Source: a virus (taxonomy: Duplodnaviria; Caudoviricetes). From it: a stretch of 40,024 nt of DNA. Made by a program: the position numbers and the translations under genes. This document shows, piece by piece, positions 16,050 through 24,975 of this stretch. Within the stretch, counting starts at the first letter, position 1, and every line of letters starts with the position of its first letter. Location of the stretch: IMG/VR virus record IMGVR_UViG_3300044657_001119, positions 1 to 40,024 of that record. One strand, written 5' to 3'. Below the pieces are notes generated by a model. That model ran no database searches. It was not told where the DNA came from and saw only the letters and a list, made by a program, of their open reading frames with translations.

Positions 16050-16850
16050 ATGAGTGAGCGAACAGCATCCAATATCGACTGGACGGCAGCGCCGGACTGG
16101 GCAAACTACGTTGCGGTTAACTCCAAGGCACAGGCGTTGTGGTTTGAAAACAAGCCATGGTGCGAAACGAGAGACGACAGGTGGTACGTCCGTGAAGGCC
16201 GCATTGCCCCGGCCGGGTACATGAACCTACGTGGTCTACACTGGCAATCCGCGTTGTTTCCTCGGCCAACCGCCGAGCAAGTCGAAACGATTGACACCGG
16301 CGATACCGTGCACCACTTGCCCAGCGACGAACACTGGATTGTGGCCGGCGTGGCTGGCCAGTATTTATGGCCGGTTGGATGGCCGCCCGGCCGGGCCAAC
16401 GTAAGCGATTGCGTGTTGGTAGAAAAGGCCACACCAGCGATGAAGGCTATGGTTCAAGCGGACTTGGCGCGGCTGCGAGATGATGAGCGCAGGCAGTTCG
16501 GTGTGGCAGAAAACACGACAACAGATACAGGAGAGGAAATGGACAACAACGCAATTAGCCAACGATACCAGAAGCGGCCGATCATCATCGATGCGTTTCA
16601 ATTGACCAAAGAGCAGTTTCGTGACTTGGGGCCTTTCCCGGATTGGACACGGCCACAAATGCAATCGATCTTCGGAAGGGCTAGTGAGGGCCTAAAGAAC
16701 GTCATCTATGTCGATACGTTGGAGGGGAGAATGTACGCCAATGTAGGCGATTACATCATTCGTGGCGTGAAGGGTGAGGTGTACCCCTGCAAACCCGATA
16801 TTTTCGAAGCCAGCTACGATCTGGTACAGGATGCCTTGTCTACAGAGTAG
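16050..16850 (+). CDS. Multi-domain accessory protein with a C-terminal PGDYG-like domain
   Basis: AGGAG RBS; YQKRPIIIDAFQ...TLEG...GDYIIRGVKGEVYPCKPDIFEASY; internal RBS and ATG near 16539. Confidence 0.75.
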   Translation: MSERTASNIDWTAAPDWANYVAVNSKAQALWFENKPWCETRDDRWYVREGRIAPAGYMNLRGLHWQSALFPRPTAEQVETIDTGDTVHHLPSDEHWIVAGVAGQYLWPVGWPPGRANVSDCVLVEKATPAMKAMVQADLARLRDDERRQFGVAENTTTDTGEEMDNNAISQRYQKRPIIIDAFQLTKEQFRDLGPFPDWTRPQMQSIFGRASEGLKNVIYVDTLEGRMYANVGDYIIRGVKGEVYPCKPDIFEASYDLVQDALSTE

Positions 16851-16887
16851 CTCCATAGACAACGCCCCCGGCTCCACAGACAAGACG

Positions 16888-16914
16888 CCCGGCAGCAATG
16901 CCGGGTTTTCATTT
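16888..16914 (+). terminator. Intrinsic terminator
   Basis: CCCGGCA-GCAA-TGCCGGG followed by TTTTCATTT. Confidence 0.8.
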
Positions 16915-17050
16915 GTCCAAGCGCGGCCATTGCAGCGGGAGAAACTGTGCACAATTGTGCTAACACCCGTTTGATTAGGTATGATACAATCAAACCACAG
17001 GGAGACAGCGAGTCACCCGAAAGACAGACAAGAACAAGGAGAATGACCCC

Positions 17051-17332
17051 ATGAACACCAACACCTTCGAACTCGCAATGGAAATCTTGGCAGAGGCCCA
17101 GCAGGTGGAATTCTGGGCAAAAAAATTCAATGAAGATCCCGAGGCGGGAGAGTACTGCAAGAAGCAGGTCAAGGAAAGCGCAGCCACGATGCTGGCCGCA
17201 TGGACAAAACTCGCAAGTGATGTGAATCCGGGCGACCGCCGCCCGCTCGCCAAGATCGTTGCAGTCGCCAAGGATATGGCCAACGCCGTGACGATGGCTA
17301 GCCTCTCCCTGAAACTGGAACAGGTAGATTAA
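17051..17332 (+). CDS. Hypothetical protein
   Basis: AAGGAG RBS; 93 aa helical ORF. Confidence 0.7.
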   Translation: MNTNTFELAMEILAEAQQVEFWAKKFNEDPEAGEYCKKQVKESAATMLAAWTKLASDVNPGDRRPLAKIVAVAKDMANAVTMASLSLKLEQVD

Positions 17333-17404
17333 TCAACACACCCAGCGCCAAGCGCCGCCGACGCAGCGGGCAACCAGATACCCCCGAGGGGGAAGGAATA
17401 GAAA

Positions 17405-17959
17405 ATGGACGCCTATCTGACAGTGACAGAGCGGTTGGCAATTGCCAACCAAGATCCGGCGCACCCGATGTGCCAAGCCGGGTTCCGCTATAGCGCCAAA
17501 GCCGGCCAGTGGTACGACCCGGCTGGCAGCGACGGAATGTCGCAGCGGATCAACATCATGGAGAGCGTGGAAAAAGAAATTCTCGCCATCGGAAATGCCG
17601 CCGGCGTCTGCCATGTGAAAATGGAAACGTGGCACAATGGCGATTGTTGGAATCTCACCTGCAATGGTGAAGTGTTGGCTGAATCGTCGTACTGGAACAC
17701 GTATCCGGTGCAGTTGAACCAAAGCGGCACGCACTATCACAAGTCAGAAATTCGTGCGCAACTCCAGCGCACGAAGGCAGGCGGTGGTAACCCGTATCCG
17801 TTTATGAGCCAAGGCGGCTCAAACTTCACCGCAAAATACGAAGGTGAGCTGCACGCCAGCAATCCGCATCTCGCCTTTTTTCTCGCTATCGCCCGCGGTG
17901 AGGAACCGCAGATCAGCGATGAGGAGCGCAACATCGAAATGCGCATGCTGTCACGGTAA
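17405..17959 (+). CDS. Hypothetical protein
   Basis: AAGGA RBS; 184 aa. Confidence 0.7.
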   Translation: MDAYLTVTERLAIANQDPAHPMCQAGFRYSAKAGQWYDPAGSDGMSQRINIMESVEKEILAIGNAAGVCHVKMETWHNGDCWNLTCNGEVLAESSYWNTYPVQLNQSGTHYHKSEIRAQLQRTKAGGGNPYPFMSQGGSNFTAKYEGELHASNPHLAFFLAIARGEEPQISDEERNIEMRMLSR

Positions 17960-18017
17960 TCACCACACCCAACACCCGGCGCCGCAGCGGGTAATCTGCG
18001 GGCAAAGGAAACGCATC

Positions 18018-18494
18018 ATGACCGCAACAAATGGCCGTGGCGGCAAACGCCCCGGCGCAGGCCGCCCCGTTGCAGGCGAGGTGGCAACGGAGCCCCGCAC
18101 CGTGACGCTCCTGCCGCACCACTGGGCAATGTTTGATGCTGACAACGTGTCTATGTCCATCCGTGAGACGCTCGACCGCCTCACCCTGGCACGTGTGCGG
18201 GAGCGGGAGTACCTACAGAGCTTATTCGCCACTGGCGAAATGGCCGCCATCGTAGACGTGTGCAACGGTTGGATTGTGGACACCGCCAGTGTTGCGCACG
18301 TCGCCATGGAAATCGAAGATGCCTTGCCCGATGGTCTGGCTGAAAAGTGGGCCATCGACGGCCCGGCACTGCTGGAGAAACTCGAAAACCTGGGCTATTT
18401 CTCCTGCTGGGTATTGACCGACGCCATTACCCGCTGGTGGAACCGGGTAGGCGCTGGCGAGGAACTGCAACCGTCGCAATTGTTCATCGACTGA
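18018..18494 (+). CDS. Putative DNA-binding protein
   Basis: ATG 18018 with AAGGA RBS; RGGKRPGAGRP motif followed by an RHH-like segment. Confidence 0.7.
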   Translation: MTATNGRGGKRPGAGRPVAGEVATEPRTVTLLPHHWAMFDADNVSMSIRETLDRLTLARVREREYLQSLFATGEMAAIVDVCNGWIVDTASVAHVAMEIEDALPDGLAEKWAIDGPALLEKLENLGYFSCWVLTDAITRWWNRVGAGEELQPSQLFID

Positions 18495-18545
18495 CAAGAA
18501 ACACTTGTCACCCCACGTAAAAGCGAAAAAATGCGGAGGGGAAGA

Positions 18546-18583
18546 AATAGGAAACAATAGGAAGAAATTAATTGTTTCCTATT
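18546..18583. promoter_or_regulatory. Perfect 13-bp inverted repeat, putative operator
   Basis: AATAGGAAACAAT-12 nt-ATTGTTTCCTATT in an AT-rich intergenic region. Confidence 0.55.
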
Positions 18584-18632
18584 AATTCCCGCCCCGCCCT
18601 GCTAGACTCGAACCCAGGAGGTAGAAAACGAA

Positions 18633-18845
18633 ATGATCCAGAAGATCACACTGCTGTTGGATGTTTCCGAGATGATTGCGTTGCGCCAAGCAGCGCGCAA
18701 AGACCTGCGCAAGCCCCGCGACCATGCCCGCTTTCTTCTGCGGTTGGCGCTGGATTCGTATCTGAATCCAACGCCAACCGCACCTACCACGGAGGCTCCA
18801 CAGAGCAACGATAGCCAGCCACCCCACAGCAAAAAAGGGATTTAA
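18633..18845 (+). CDS. Small RHH/Arc-like regulator
   Basis: AGGAGGT RBS; KITLLLDVSEMIALRQAARKDLRKPRDHARFLLRLAL. Confidence 0.7.
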   Translation: MIQKITLLLDVSEMIALRQAARKDLRKPRDHARFLLRLALDSYLNPTPTAPTTEAPQSNDSQPPHSKKGI

Positions 18846-18849
18846 CCGC

Positions 18850-19134
18850 ATGCCAAAAGTAAAAGGCGGGAAACTGGTCAGCATTACATACGACAATATC
18901 CCTATCGACCCCGAGTACATACAGAATTTTGAACTTGACGCACCGCCTGTTACGGCCTCGGACGGCTACGAAGGCAGCATCACGCGTGCGGTATGTATTG
19001 CCGAGATCGTGACGATGGACAGCGGCGAAACTACCGTGCAGGTCAAGACCTGCACGGAGCGCAATCAAGTGCTACTCGCCATCATGCTGTTGAACGCTCG
19101 TCTTGAAGTGCTCAAGAGGCAGGACGCAAATTAG
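18850..19134 (+). CDS. Hypothetical protein
   Basis: 94 aa ORF ending just before the terminator. Confidence 0.6.
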   Translation: MPKVKGGKLVSITYDNIPIDPEYIQNFELDAPPVTASDGYEGSITRAVCIAEIVTMDSGETTVQVKTCTERNQVLLAIMLLNARLEVLKRQDAN

Positions 19135-19142
19135 CACAGCAA

Positions 19143-19454
19143 TCAAAAAGCCCCAGGTTCACGCCTGGGGCTTTTTCGTTTCGCCGATTCGCCTTTCATC
19201 ATCTCCGGTTGCAGCCACGAGCCAACCGGAGAACACAATGTCTGCCGGTCTGGCTCCGTGCGCACCAGTGAGAAAAACATGGCGGTCGAGGCGAGGGTAA
19301 AGAGGAAAATACTCATCCATGACAACATGGGTTGTCGCTTGATCACCGCCATAAATGCCAGCAGTGTCGCCGTCGCCGCAAAAATGGCAGTCACTATTGC
19401 CATGACGAGCGGTGAATTTGTGGCCGTGTACAGAGCATCAATCATGTCTACCAT
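19143..19454 (-). CDS. Holin-like two-TM membrane protein
   Basis: Two TM helices and a basic C-terminus; last gene of the late operon. Confidence 0.55.
   Translation of the reverse strand: MVDMIDALYTATNSPLVMAIVTAIFAATATLLAFMAVIKRQPMLSWMSIFLFTLASTAMFFSLVRTEPDRQTLCSPVGSWLQPEMMKGESAKRKSPRREPGAF
19145..19176. terminator. Bidirectional intrinsic terminator
   Basis: AAAAAGCCCCAGG-TTCACG-CCTGGGGCTTTTT between convergent operons. Confidence 0.88.
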
Positions 19455-20212
19455 CCGCCCCTCGCCAGCATTGCAAACAGGACAATCAGAAACACGAAAA
19501 CCACTGCACCGAACACCGCCTCGACGGGGACTTTGAGAATGCCCCTGTCTTTCAAGACGATCAACACCTTGTCTTGGTTACGCAGAATTTCGTCATGCTC
19601 TGAAATCCTGCGGCCGTGTTCGGTCAACAACCTTCCATGTTCTTCAATTTTCGCACTCTGCCCACCATCGTAACCTGTCAACTTGCTGTCAAGTTCAATG
19701 TGCCGGGCTGCCAGATACACGTAGTCCACATCATTGCCCGGTCGGGCTTTCTCGAATGCGTCACGCATTGACAGCCCGTCCGCCAACCCCTGTGCCAACA
19801 GTGACCCGGTGAGATACGCCGTCTCGCTGTCCAGTTGCGTCACCGTGCAGATGGTATCCACCTGCGCCGAGGTGACCACCATGTTGCCAACTGTCACCGA
19901 GTCACACGCCAGCAGCACCACCAGCTTCAACCCGTAGCGTGCCACAGAGGAGAGGTGCGCAGGCGTCAACTCCTCATTTGGCACGCCGGCCGCCGTCTGG
20001 TGCAGCAAAATGCCGCCTGGATAGCCGTGCGCCACGAGGTAGAGAATGTCGTATTCGCCGCCTCGCAACCGTTGCACGATGTGCGCCACCGTCACCCGAC
20101 CGAGAAGCGGCGTCACGTTGATGCCCGTCGTTGAAATCTCCGTCAACAGCCGTTGTTGGCGTTCGGTGATGATGGCGGAGCCGGTATCGGGTGCGACGAA
20201 CAAAACACGCAA
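19448..20212 (-). CDS. CHAT/caspase-like protease domain with coiled coil and C-terminal TM anchor
   Basis: YDILYLVAHG (His) and LVVLLACDS (Cys) match the caspase-hemoglobinase dyad motifs; C-terminal AVFGAVVFVFLIVLFAMLA. Confidence 0.8.
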   Translation of the reverse strand: MRVLFVAPDTGSAIITERQQRLLTEISTTGINVTPLLGRVTVAHIVQRLRGGEYDILYLVAHGYPGGILLHQTAAGVPNEELTPAHLSSVARYGLKLVVLLACDSVTVGNMVVTSAQVDTICTVTQLDSETAYLTGSLLAQGLADGLSMRDAFEKARPGNDVDYVYLAARHIELDSKLTGYDGGQSAKIEEHGRLLTEHGRRISEHDEILRNQDKVLIVLKDRGILKVPVEAVFGAVVFVFLIVLFAMLARGGW

Positions 20213-20222
20213 GGATGGCCTA

Positions 20223-20414
20223 CTAGGCTACTGGTTCGATTTCCGCTACTACGTCCGCAGGCAATGATGCCGCCGCCTGCTCTTTCTTCAGCTCCGACGC
20301 CAACATCAATGCGCCCTCTTGGCGGTGAATGCGCATCTGCAATTCCGCCGCCTGCTGGCGCATTTTGTCGAGACCCTCACGTAGTTCTTGTTCCCACCGC
20401 TCGATGTCAATCAT
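20223..20414 (-). CDS. Small coiled-coil protein
   Basis: 63 aa; ATGA overlap. Confidence 0.6.
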   Translation of the reverse strand: MIDIERWEQELREGLDKMRQQAAELQMRIHRQEGALMLASELKKEQAAASLPADVVAEIEPVA

Positions 20415-20683
20415 TTCAGTTCGTTCTCCAATGTGATTGCCGCTTCCGCTGCCAGCTCCTGCCGCCTTCGCTCCCGTGCCCAGTTGAGCACATGGTCAAA
20501 CACGCCCGCAAGCGTGGCCCGCTGTTTTTGCTTGTTCGTGTTCGGTGGCCCGCCATCGGCGAACGTTGCACCGTCCACATAGTTCAGCCCGGCTGCAAAC
20601 AGGTTGCACAGTCGCTGCAACCGAGCATCGTCAACTTCTTTCGTTACCGTCTCTGCCCCAATCGTGATACTGATATTGCCCAT
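20411..20683 (-). CDS. Hypothetical protein (possible fibre chaperone)
   Basis: ATG 20683 with AGGAGG RBS, right after the fibre gene. Confidence 0.6.
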   Translation of the reverse strand: MGNISITIGAETVTKEVDDARLQRLCNLFAAGLNYVDGATFADGGPPNTNKQKQRATLAGVFDHVLNWARERRRQELAAEAAITLENELK

Positions 20684-20690
20684 GTCCCTC

Positions 20691-23600
20691 CTATGCCAGC
20701 AGGCCCATGCTCTGCAAATCGTCAATGACCGAGTTCAACACCTGCTTGACGTTGGCTACGTCTGCCGCCAATGCAATTACCGCAGCGTGCACCGCCGCCG
20801 CCATCGCTCCCGTACTGTACCCGTTCGCCCCGGCCCCGTAGGCCGCCGGCGCAACGTAGGTCAGGTTGCTATGCGTTTTGCTTGCCGTGGCGTAGGTCTG
20901 CGTGAATGCGGATGGCCTGACAACGGGTGTGGCGTTCCAGAAGCCTAACTTTTGCGTGGTCGCCGTGCCGATCTTGGTGCCGGTTGTGGTGTCCAGCGGG
21001 ATGTTGGTTCCGTCTTTGATTTTGCCAGTGCCACCTGCAATGAAGGAGAATATCCCGCCCTTTTCTATGGCAATACCGTTGGTTGTGCCGCCCAGGTAGA
21101 GTGTATTTGCAGACGAATCGAGAAAAAGCATATTGGCTTCGGTGTCGGACTCCGCACGAAAATCGTAGGCTGCTACGCCATTCTCGTTGACCACGACGCC
21201 AACGACGTCAGAGACTTTCATCATCTGGTCAGATGCAGTAAACAACACGTGCGCATATGACCCTGACTGGTTATCCATGTATATCCGCAGCCCGGTCGCC
21301 TCATCAAACGCGCTGCTATTTGCTGCCAAAATGATACGGGACGTAAAGGCAGACGCATAGTCTCGTGTCTGGATCTTGAGTTCCGACGTGCCGCCACCGC
21401 CTACCGCACCGACAATTTTGGCCTGTACGTTGCCGGATTCCAACCATTTGACGGCGTTCGGCTCGGAGTCGGTAAGCACCATCGAAACGCCGTTGGCGTC
21501 CAACGTCACATTGCCAGCACCTGCATACAGCTTGCCATCCGTGGCCCCGTACCACTGAAGCGTACCGGTGTTGTACCCACCGATGCGCCCAACACCCGAA
21601 TCGTTCCAGAGTTTCAACCCCGTGGTTGGGCTGGCAAACGTGCCGGTGCCTTGGTAGATGCCGCCTGCGGTCGCAAGTGTAACCGCCCCCTCAAAGCTGC
21701 TGGTCCCCAGGATCTTCAGAATCCCCTCGACCGTTAACGACGACGCGCTGTCATCCCATAGCACATAGCCGCCCCGGCTATCATCGCCAATCACCAGGTC
21801 GCCAGATGCCAACGTCAACCCGGCCCAACTCTTGGTTGTGCTATCATCTCCGTAAATGCCAAACACCGCCTGCCCGGATGTATTACGCATCCACAGGCCC
21901 TCATCATCGGCCCAGACCAACGACTTTGGCGTGGCACGGAATCCGTACTTGGCCGTCTCGGCGAAAACAGGTGCATTGCTTTCGTAGATGGACAGGATTT
22001 CATCGGCTACTTTGGTGTCCGATGTGATGATGAGGTCATCAATCAACCCGTTTAGCTGGCCCGCCCCGGTCCCTGTATGTCCCACGCCAAACGACGCTGG
22101 CATACCCGTAAACCCGGTCGACGAACCAGACGCCACACTCTGACCATTGATATACAGCGTCAACAATGACCCGGTGTAGGTCATGGCAACGTGCGTCCAG
22201 GTCTCGGCGCTGATAGGCGTGGCGTAGGCAACCGCCGCCGTGCCCCAGTAGCCGGTCAGTTGCCCCGTGCCAAAGCGTAGCATGATGTACCCGGCGCTTG
22301 TGCCATCCGCCCGCAACACATGCGCCGTGCCAGAGAGAGAGGAGAGTTTCACCCACGCCATCACGCTGCCCTTCAGCGCAGGCAGGTTGCCGCTGGTCGG
22401 ATAACTGGCGCTGGCCACCAGCCGGCTGGAGCTGCTGGCGTGCGCCGTCCCGCTCCAGCTGTGTCCGGTCGCATCGGCCACACCCGCAGCCGAAAACCCG
22501 CCAAGGCTGCCATCGCAGTAGGGCGTCGCATACGCCTTGGCTTCACACTGCACGCTGTCCCAGGCCGTGTAGCCCTGTGGCGCATAGAGGCGGATCTGAA
22601 TCGTGTGGCTGCCACCGGTCGCCGTGGTCGTCACGGTGACCGAATGCCGCACCCACCCGTCGGTTGCCGCCGTGATGGTCGTGCTCTGGCCGGTGGCGCC
22701 GGCGTCCAACGTATCGTACGCGTACAACCCGAGGTTGCTTTGAGCGCCAGAGGTGAAGCTCACCACGTTAACCCACGCCGAAATGGTGTAGGTCGTTGAC
22801 GCCGCCAAGCTGCCTACCTGGCAATAGTAGAAATCATTTTCCGCTGCGTTGGCGTTGGCCAGCCGCACGCTGTATGTGCCCGAGTGCGAGTACAGCGCCG
22901 TTTGCGCCGCCGTGCCCGAGGCGTTGGCGTCGGTGTACGTCCATCCCGTCGTCCCAGTTTCGAAACTGGGATTCGTGACGAGGTTGGTGGTGGCTTCGGC
23001 GATTTGAAGCGCCTTGTTGAATTTGCCCTCCCGCCAGATCGCCCCGCCTGCTACCGTGGCCACCTGCCCCATATGCCCATTGCGCTCGCCGCTGAAATTT
23101 GTCTCAAACGGTTGGCGTCCGTCGAAATGCGCAATCAACAGCGCATTTTTGATTTGCAACGCGTGTGGGCCAATCCAGTATTCCGCCCTGGCTGGCCCAT
23201 AAACGTCAAGCGCAAACTGCGGGTCAGGCGCACCATTGATGCCTACCGACACCTGCGACACATCCACAAACAGGATATTCGCACCCACGGTCAGGTCGCC
23301 GCCGGATGTGATATCGACGTTGCCCTGCACCGCCAACGTTTTGAGTGTCAGCCCGCCGCTGGCTGTTGACGCCAGAATGGACGCCGCCGCACCGGGGTTG
23401 CTTGAGCTCGTGACGGCATGCGTGTGGCTGCCGCTTGCCGCATTGGAGGTGGCCACCGTCAACGTGCCGGGTGTGGTGAGCGCCACATCATCCGCATTGA
23501 CGGTCAACCCGGCCCCGGCCCCCACCGCAACGACGCCCGCCGAAAAGGTCAACCCGGCCCCGGCCACCGTCGAAGCCAAGGCCACATCATCCGCATTGAC

Positions 23601-24182
23601 GGTGATGCCCTGTCCGGCCCCCACGGCCACCACGCCCGCCGAAAAGGTCAACCCCGCCCCGGCGACGCTGGAAGCCAACGCCACATCGTCCGCATTGACG
23701 GTGATGCCAACGCCCGCCCCGACGGCCAACGTCCGGTCAGCGGAGAGATCGCCGCCGCCGGTCAACCCAGCGCCACTGGTGATCGTCCGGCTCGTGCGTA
23801 CCAGGGTGGAGGGGAGATCAGCGTCTTGTATCGCTGAAAACGCCGCCGCCGTGGCACTGCTGGCACGCAACACGTGGCCCGACGTAGCGCCAGAAATCGT
23901 GTGGTCTGCACCCAGCGCCGCATTCGTGGCGAGTACATGGCTTTGATTGTGGTGGTCGTTGGCGCCGATACCTGACAGCGCACTATGCGGCCGCGTGGTA
24001 ATGTCTGCCAAGGAAGCCGCAGACAGATCGAGTGACGCCCACGGCAAAGTACCGGAGTGCCACACACCGTCAAGGTCATGTACCTCCATAGCAGAGGCGG
24101 CGCCCGACGTAGACCCGGCAGCGTTGAATGTTGCCTGTGATACCTGTAAGTCTATGCCCTTAACTAGCTCATTCTTTGGCAT
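20691..24182 (-). CDS. Tail fibre / receptor-binding protein with Gly/Ala repeats, a CBM-like domain and a LamG/ConA-like domain
   Basis: TNLVTNPSFET..YTISAWV (CBM-like); SVMAWVK..WTHVAMTY..LYINGQ..GLIDDLII (LamG); position after the tail-tip genes. Confidence 0.85.
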   Translation of the reverse strand: MPKNELVKGIDLQVSQATFNAAGSTSGAASAMEVHDLDGVWHSGTLPWASLDLSAASLADITTRPHSALSGIGANDHHNQSHVLATNAALGADHTISGATSGHVLRASSATAAAFSAIQDADLPSTLVRTSRTITSGAGLTGGGDLSADRTLAVGAGVGITVNADDVALASSVAGAGLTFSAGVVAVGAGQGITVNADDVALASTVAGAGLTFSAGVVAVGAGAGLTVNADDVALTTPGTLTVATSNAASGSHTHAVTSSSNPGAAASILASTASGGLTLKTLAVQGNVDITSGGDLTVGANILFVDVSQVSVGINGAPDPQFALDVYGPARAEYWIGPHALQIKNALLIAHFDGRQPFETNFSGERNGHMGQVATVAGGAIWREGKFNKALQIAEATTNLVTNPSFETGTTGWTYTDANASGTAAQTALYSHSGTYSVRLANANAAENDFYYCQVGSLAASTTYTISAWVNVVSFTSGAQSNLGLYAYDTLDAGATGQSTTITAATDGWVRHSVTVTTTATGGSHTIQIRLYAPQGYTAWDSVQCEAKAYATPYCDGSLGGFSAAGVADATGHSWSGTAHASSSSRLVASASYPTSGNLPALKGSVMAWVKLSSLSGTAHVLRADGTSAGYIMLRFGTGQLTGYWGTAAVAYATPISAETWTHVAMTYTGSLLTLYINGQSVASGSSTGFTGMPASFGVGHTGTGAGQLNGLIDDLIITSDTKVADEILSIYESNAPVFAETAKYGFRATPKSLVWADDEGLWMRNTSGQAVFGIYGDDSTTKSWAGLTLASGDLVIGDDSRGGYVLWDDSASSLTVEGILKILGTSSFEGAVTLATAGGIYQGTGTFASPTTGLKLWNDSGVGRIGGYNTGTLQWYGATDGKLYAGAGNVTLDANGVSMVLTDSEPNAVKWLESGNVQAKIVGAVGGGGTSELKIQTRDYASAFTSRIILAANSSAFDEATGLRIYMDNQSGSYAHVLFTASDQMMKVSDVVGVVVNENGVAAYDFRAESDTEANMLFLDSSANTLYLGGTTNGIAIEKGGIFSFIAGGTGKIKDGTNIPLDTTTGTKIGTATTQKLGFWNATPVVRPSAFTQTYATASKTHSNLTYVAPAAYGAGANGYSTGAMAAAVHAAVIALAADVANVKQVLNSVIDDLQSMGLLA
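23482..23730. repeat. 99-bp coding tandem repeat (about 2.5 copies) in the fibre gene
   Basis: GCCACATCRTCCGCATTGACGGT at 23482, 23581, 23680; 33-aa unit VGAGxGITVNADDVALASxVAGAGLTFSAGVVA. Confidence 0.9.
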
Positions 24183-24529
24183 TAGGCGTCCGTTTCTTCA
24201 CTTGCCATGGCGCAACCAACAACCTGGTACAGATCGCCATAGGCTAACCAACTTAGTGATTGCAGGTCGAATGATGTGTATGTGTCATTGATCGGTGACA
24301 ATGTAGCCTGTTGGCTGCCATCAGAATTCTTGATCTGCCCGGTTGACTTAAAGTGAAGCCACCGATTCCGATGGACGAATCGATAGATGTTGCCTGACCC
24401 GTACTGATGCGGCGTCGCCATGCGTATGCGCGTGTTGCCTATCCTGGCACGCAATGCCGTCAACTCCGTGCTGTACGCGTTGAGGTACGCCGCCGTTACC
24501 GTGTCGCCATGCGTCCATTGTCGAGCCAT
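24182..24529 (-). CDS. Minor tail protein
   Basis: WTHGDTVTAAYLN N-terminal motif typical of tail-tip/fibre anchors. Confidence 0.65.
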   Translation of the reverse strand: MARQWTHGDTVTAAYLNAYSTELTALRARIGNTRIRMATPHQYGSGNIYRFVHRNRWLHFKSTGQIKNSDGSQQATLSPINDTYTSFDLQSLSWLAYGDLYQVVGCAMASEETDA

Positions 24530-24542
24530 AATCCAACCTGCC

Positions 24543-24974
24543 TTACGTCAATGTCGTGGCATTTGCCAACAACAGATACCAAACCGTACAGGTCGACCCA
24601 GGCTTGCCATTCCATTTAAAAACGATTGGGTACCACGTGCCGGGCGTCAACCCCAGCGACGTAATATCGACGTAGCCGGCATACGTCCCCGTACTCGCCA
24701 CCCCGTCGGAGTAGATGTTTGAGCCGTTCAGCGTGATGTCCACAGCGTTACCGTTGGAGCCAGAGATGATGTACTTGTAGTGGAAATAGACATCGCCTTC
24801 GTAGCGAATGTGATACGTCGTATCCACATCGGCCGTCACAACGAGGCTCTGAAATGGCGCATTGGGCGCATCGGCAATGCCCTGGAGAAACTCCAAATCA
24901 TCGCTCAGGATATTGAGCTGTGCAGCCGAAGCCGCATTGCTGGTGACAAATGTTGGCGGTGTGGTCCATGCCAT
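24543..24974 (-). CDS. Minor tail protein
   Basis: ATG 24974; MAWTTPPTFV...SAAQLN..SDDLEFL motif. Confidence 0.7.
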   Translation of the reverse strand: MAWTTPPTFVTSNAASAAQLNILSDDLEFLQGIADAPNAPFQSLVVTADVDTTYHIRYEGDVYFHYKYIISGSNGNAVDITLNGSNIYSDGVASTGTYAGYVDITSLGLTPGTWYPIVFKWNGKPGSTCTVWYLLLANATTLT

Positions 24975-24975
24975 A

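Noticed and set aside
20691-24182. Diversity-generating retroelement targeting the fibre
   Set aside because: No reverse transcriptase and no TR/VR pair with adenine-specific differences seen; the 99-bp repeats are tandem coding repeats
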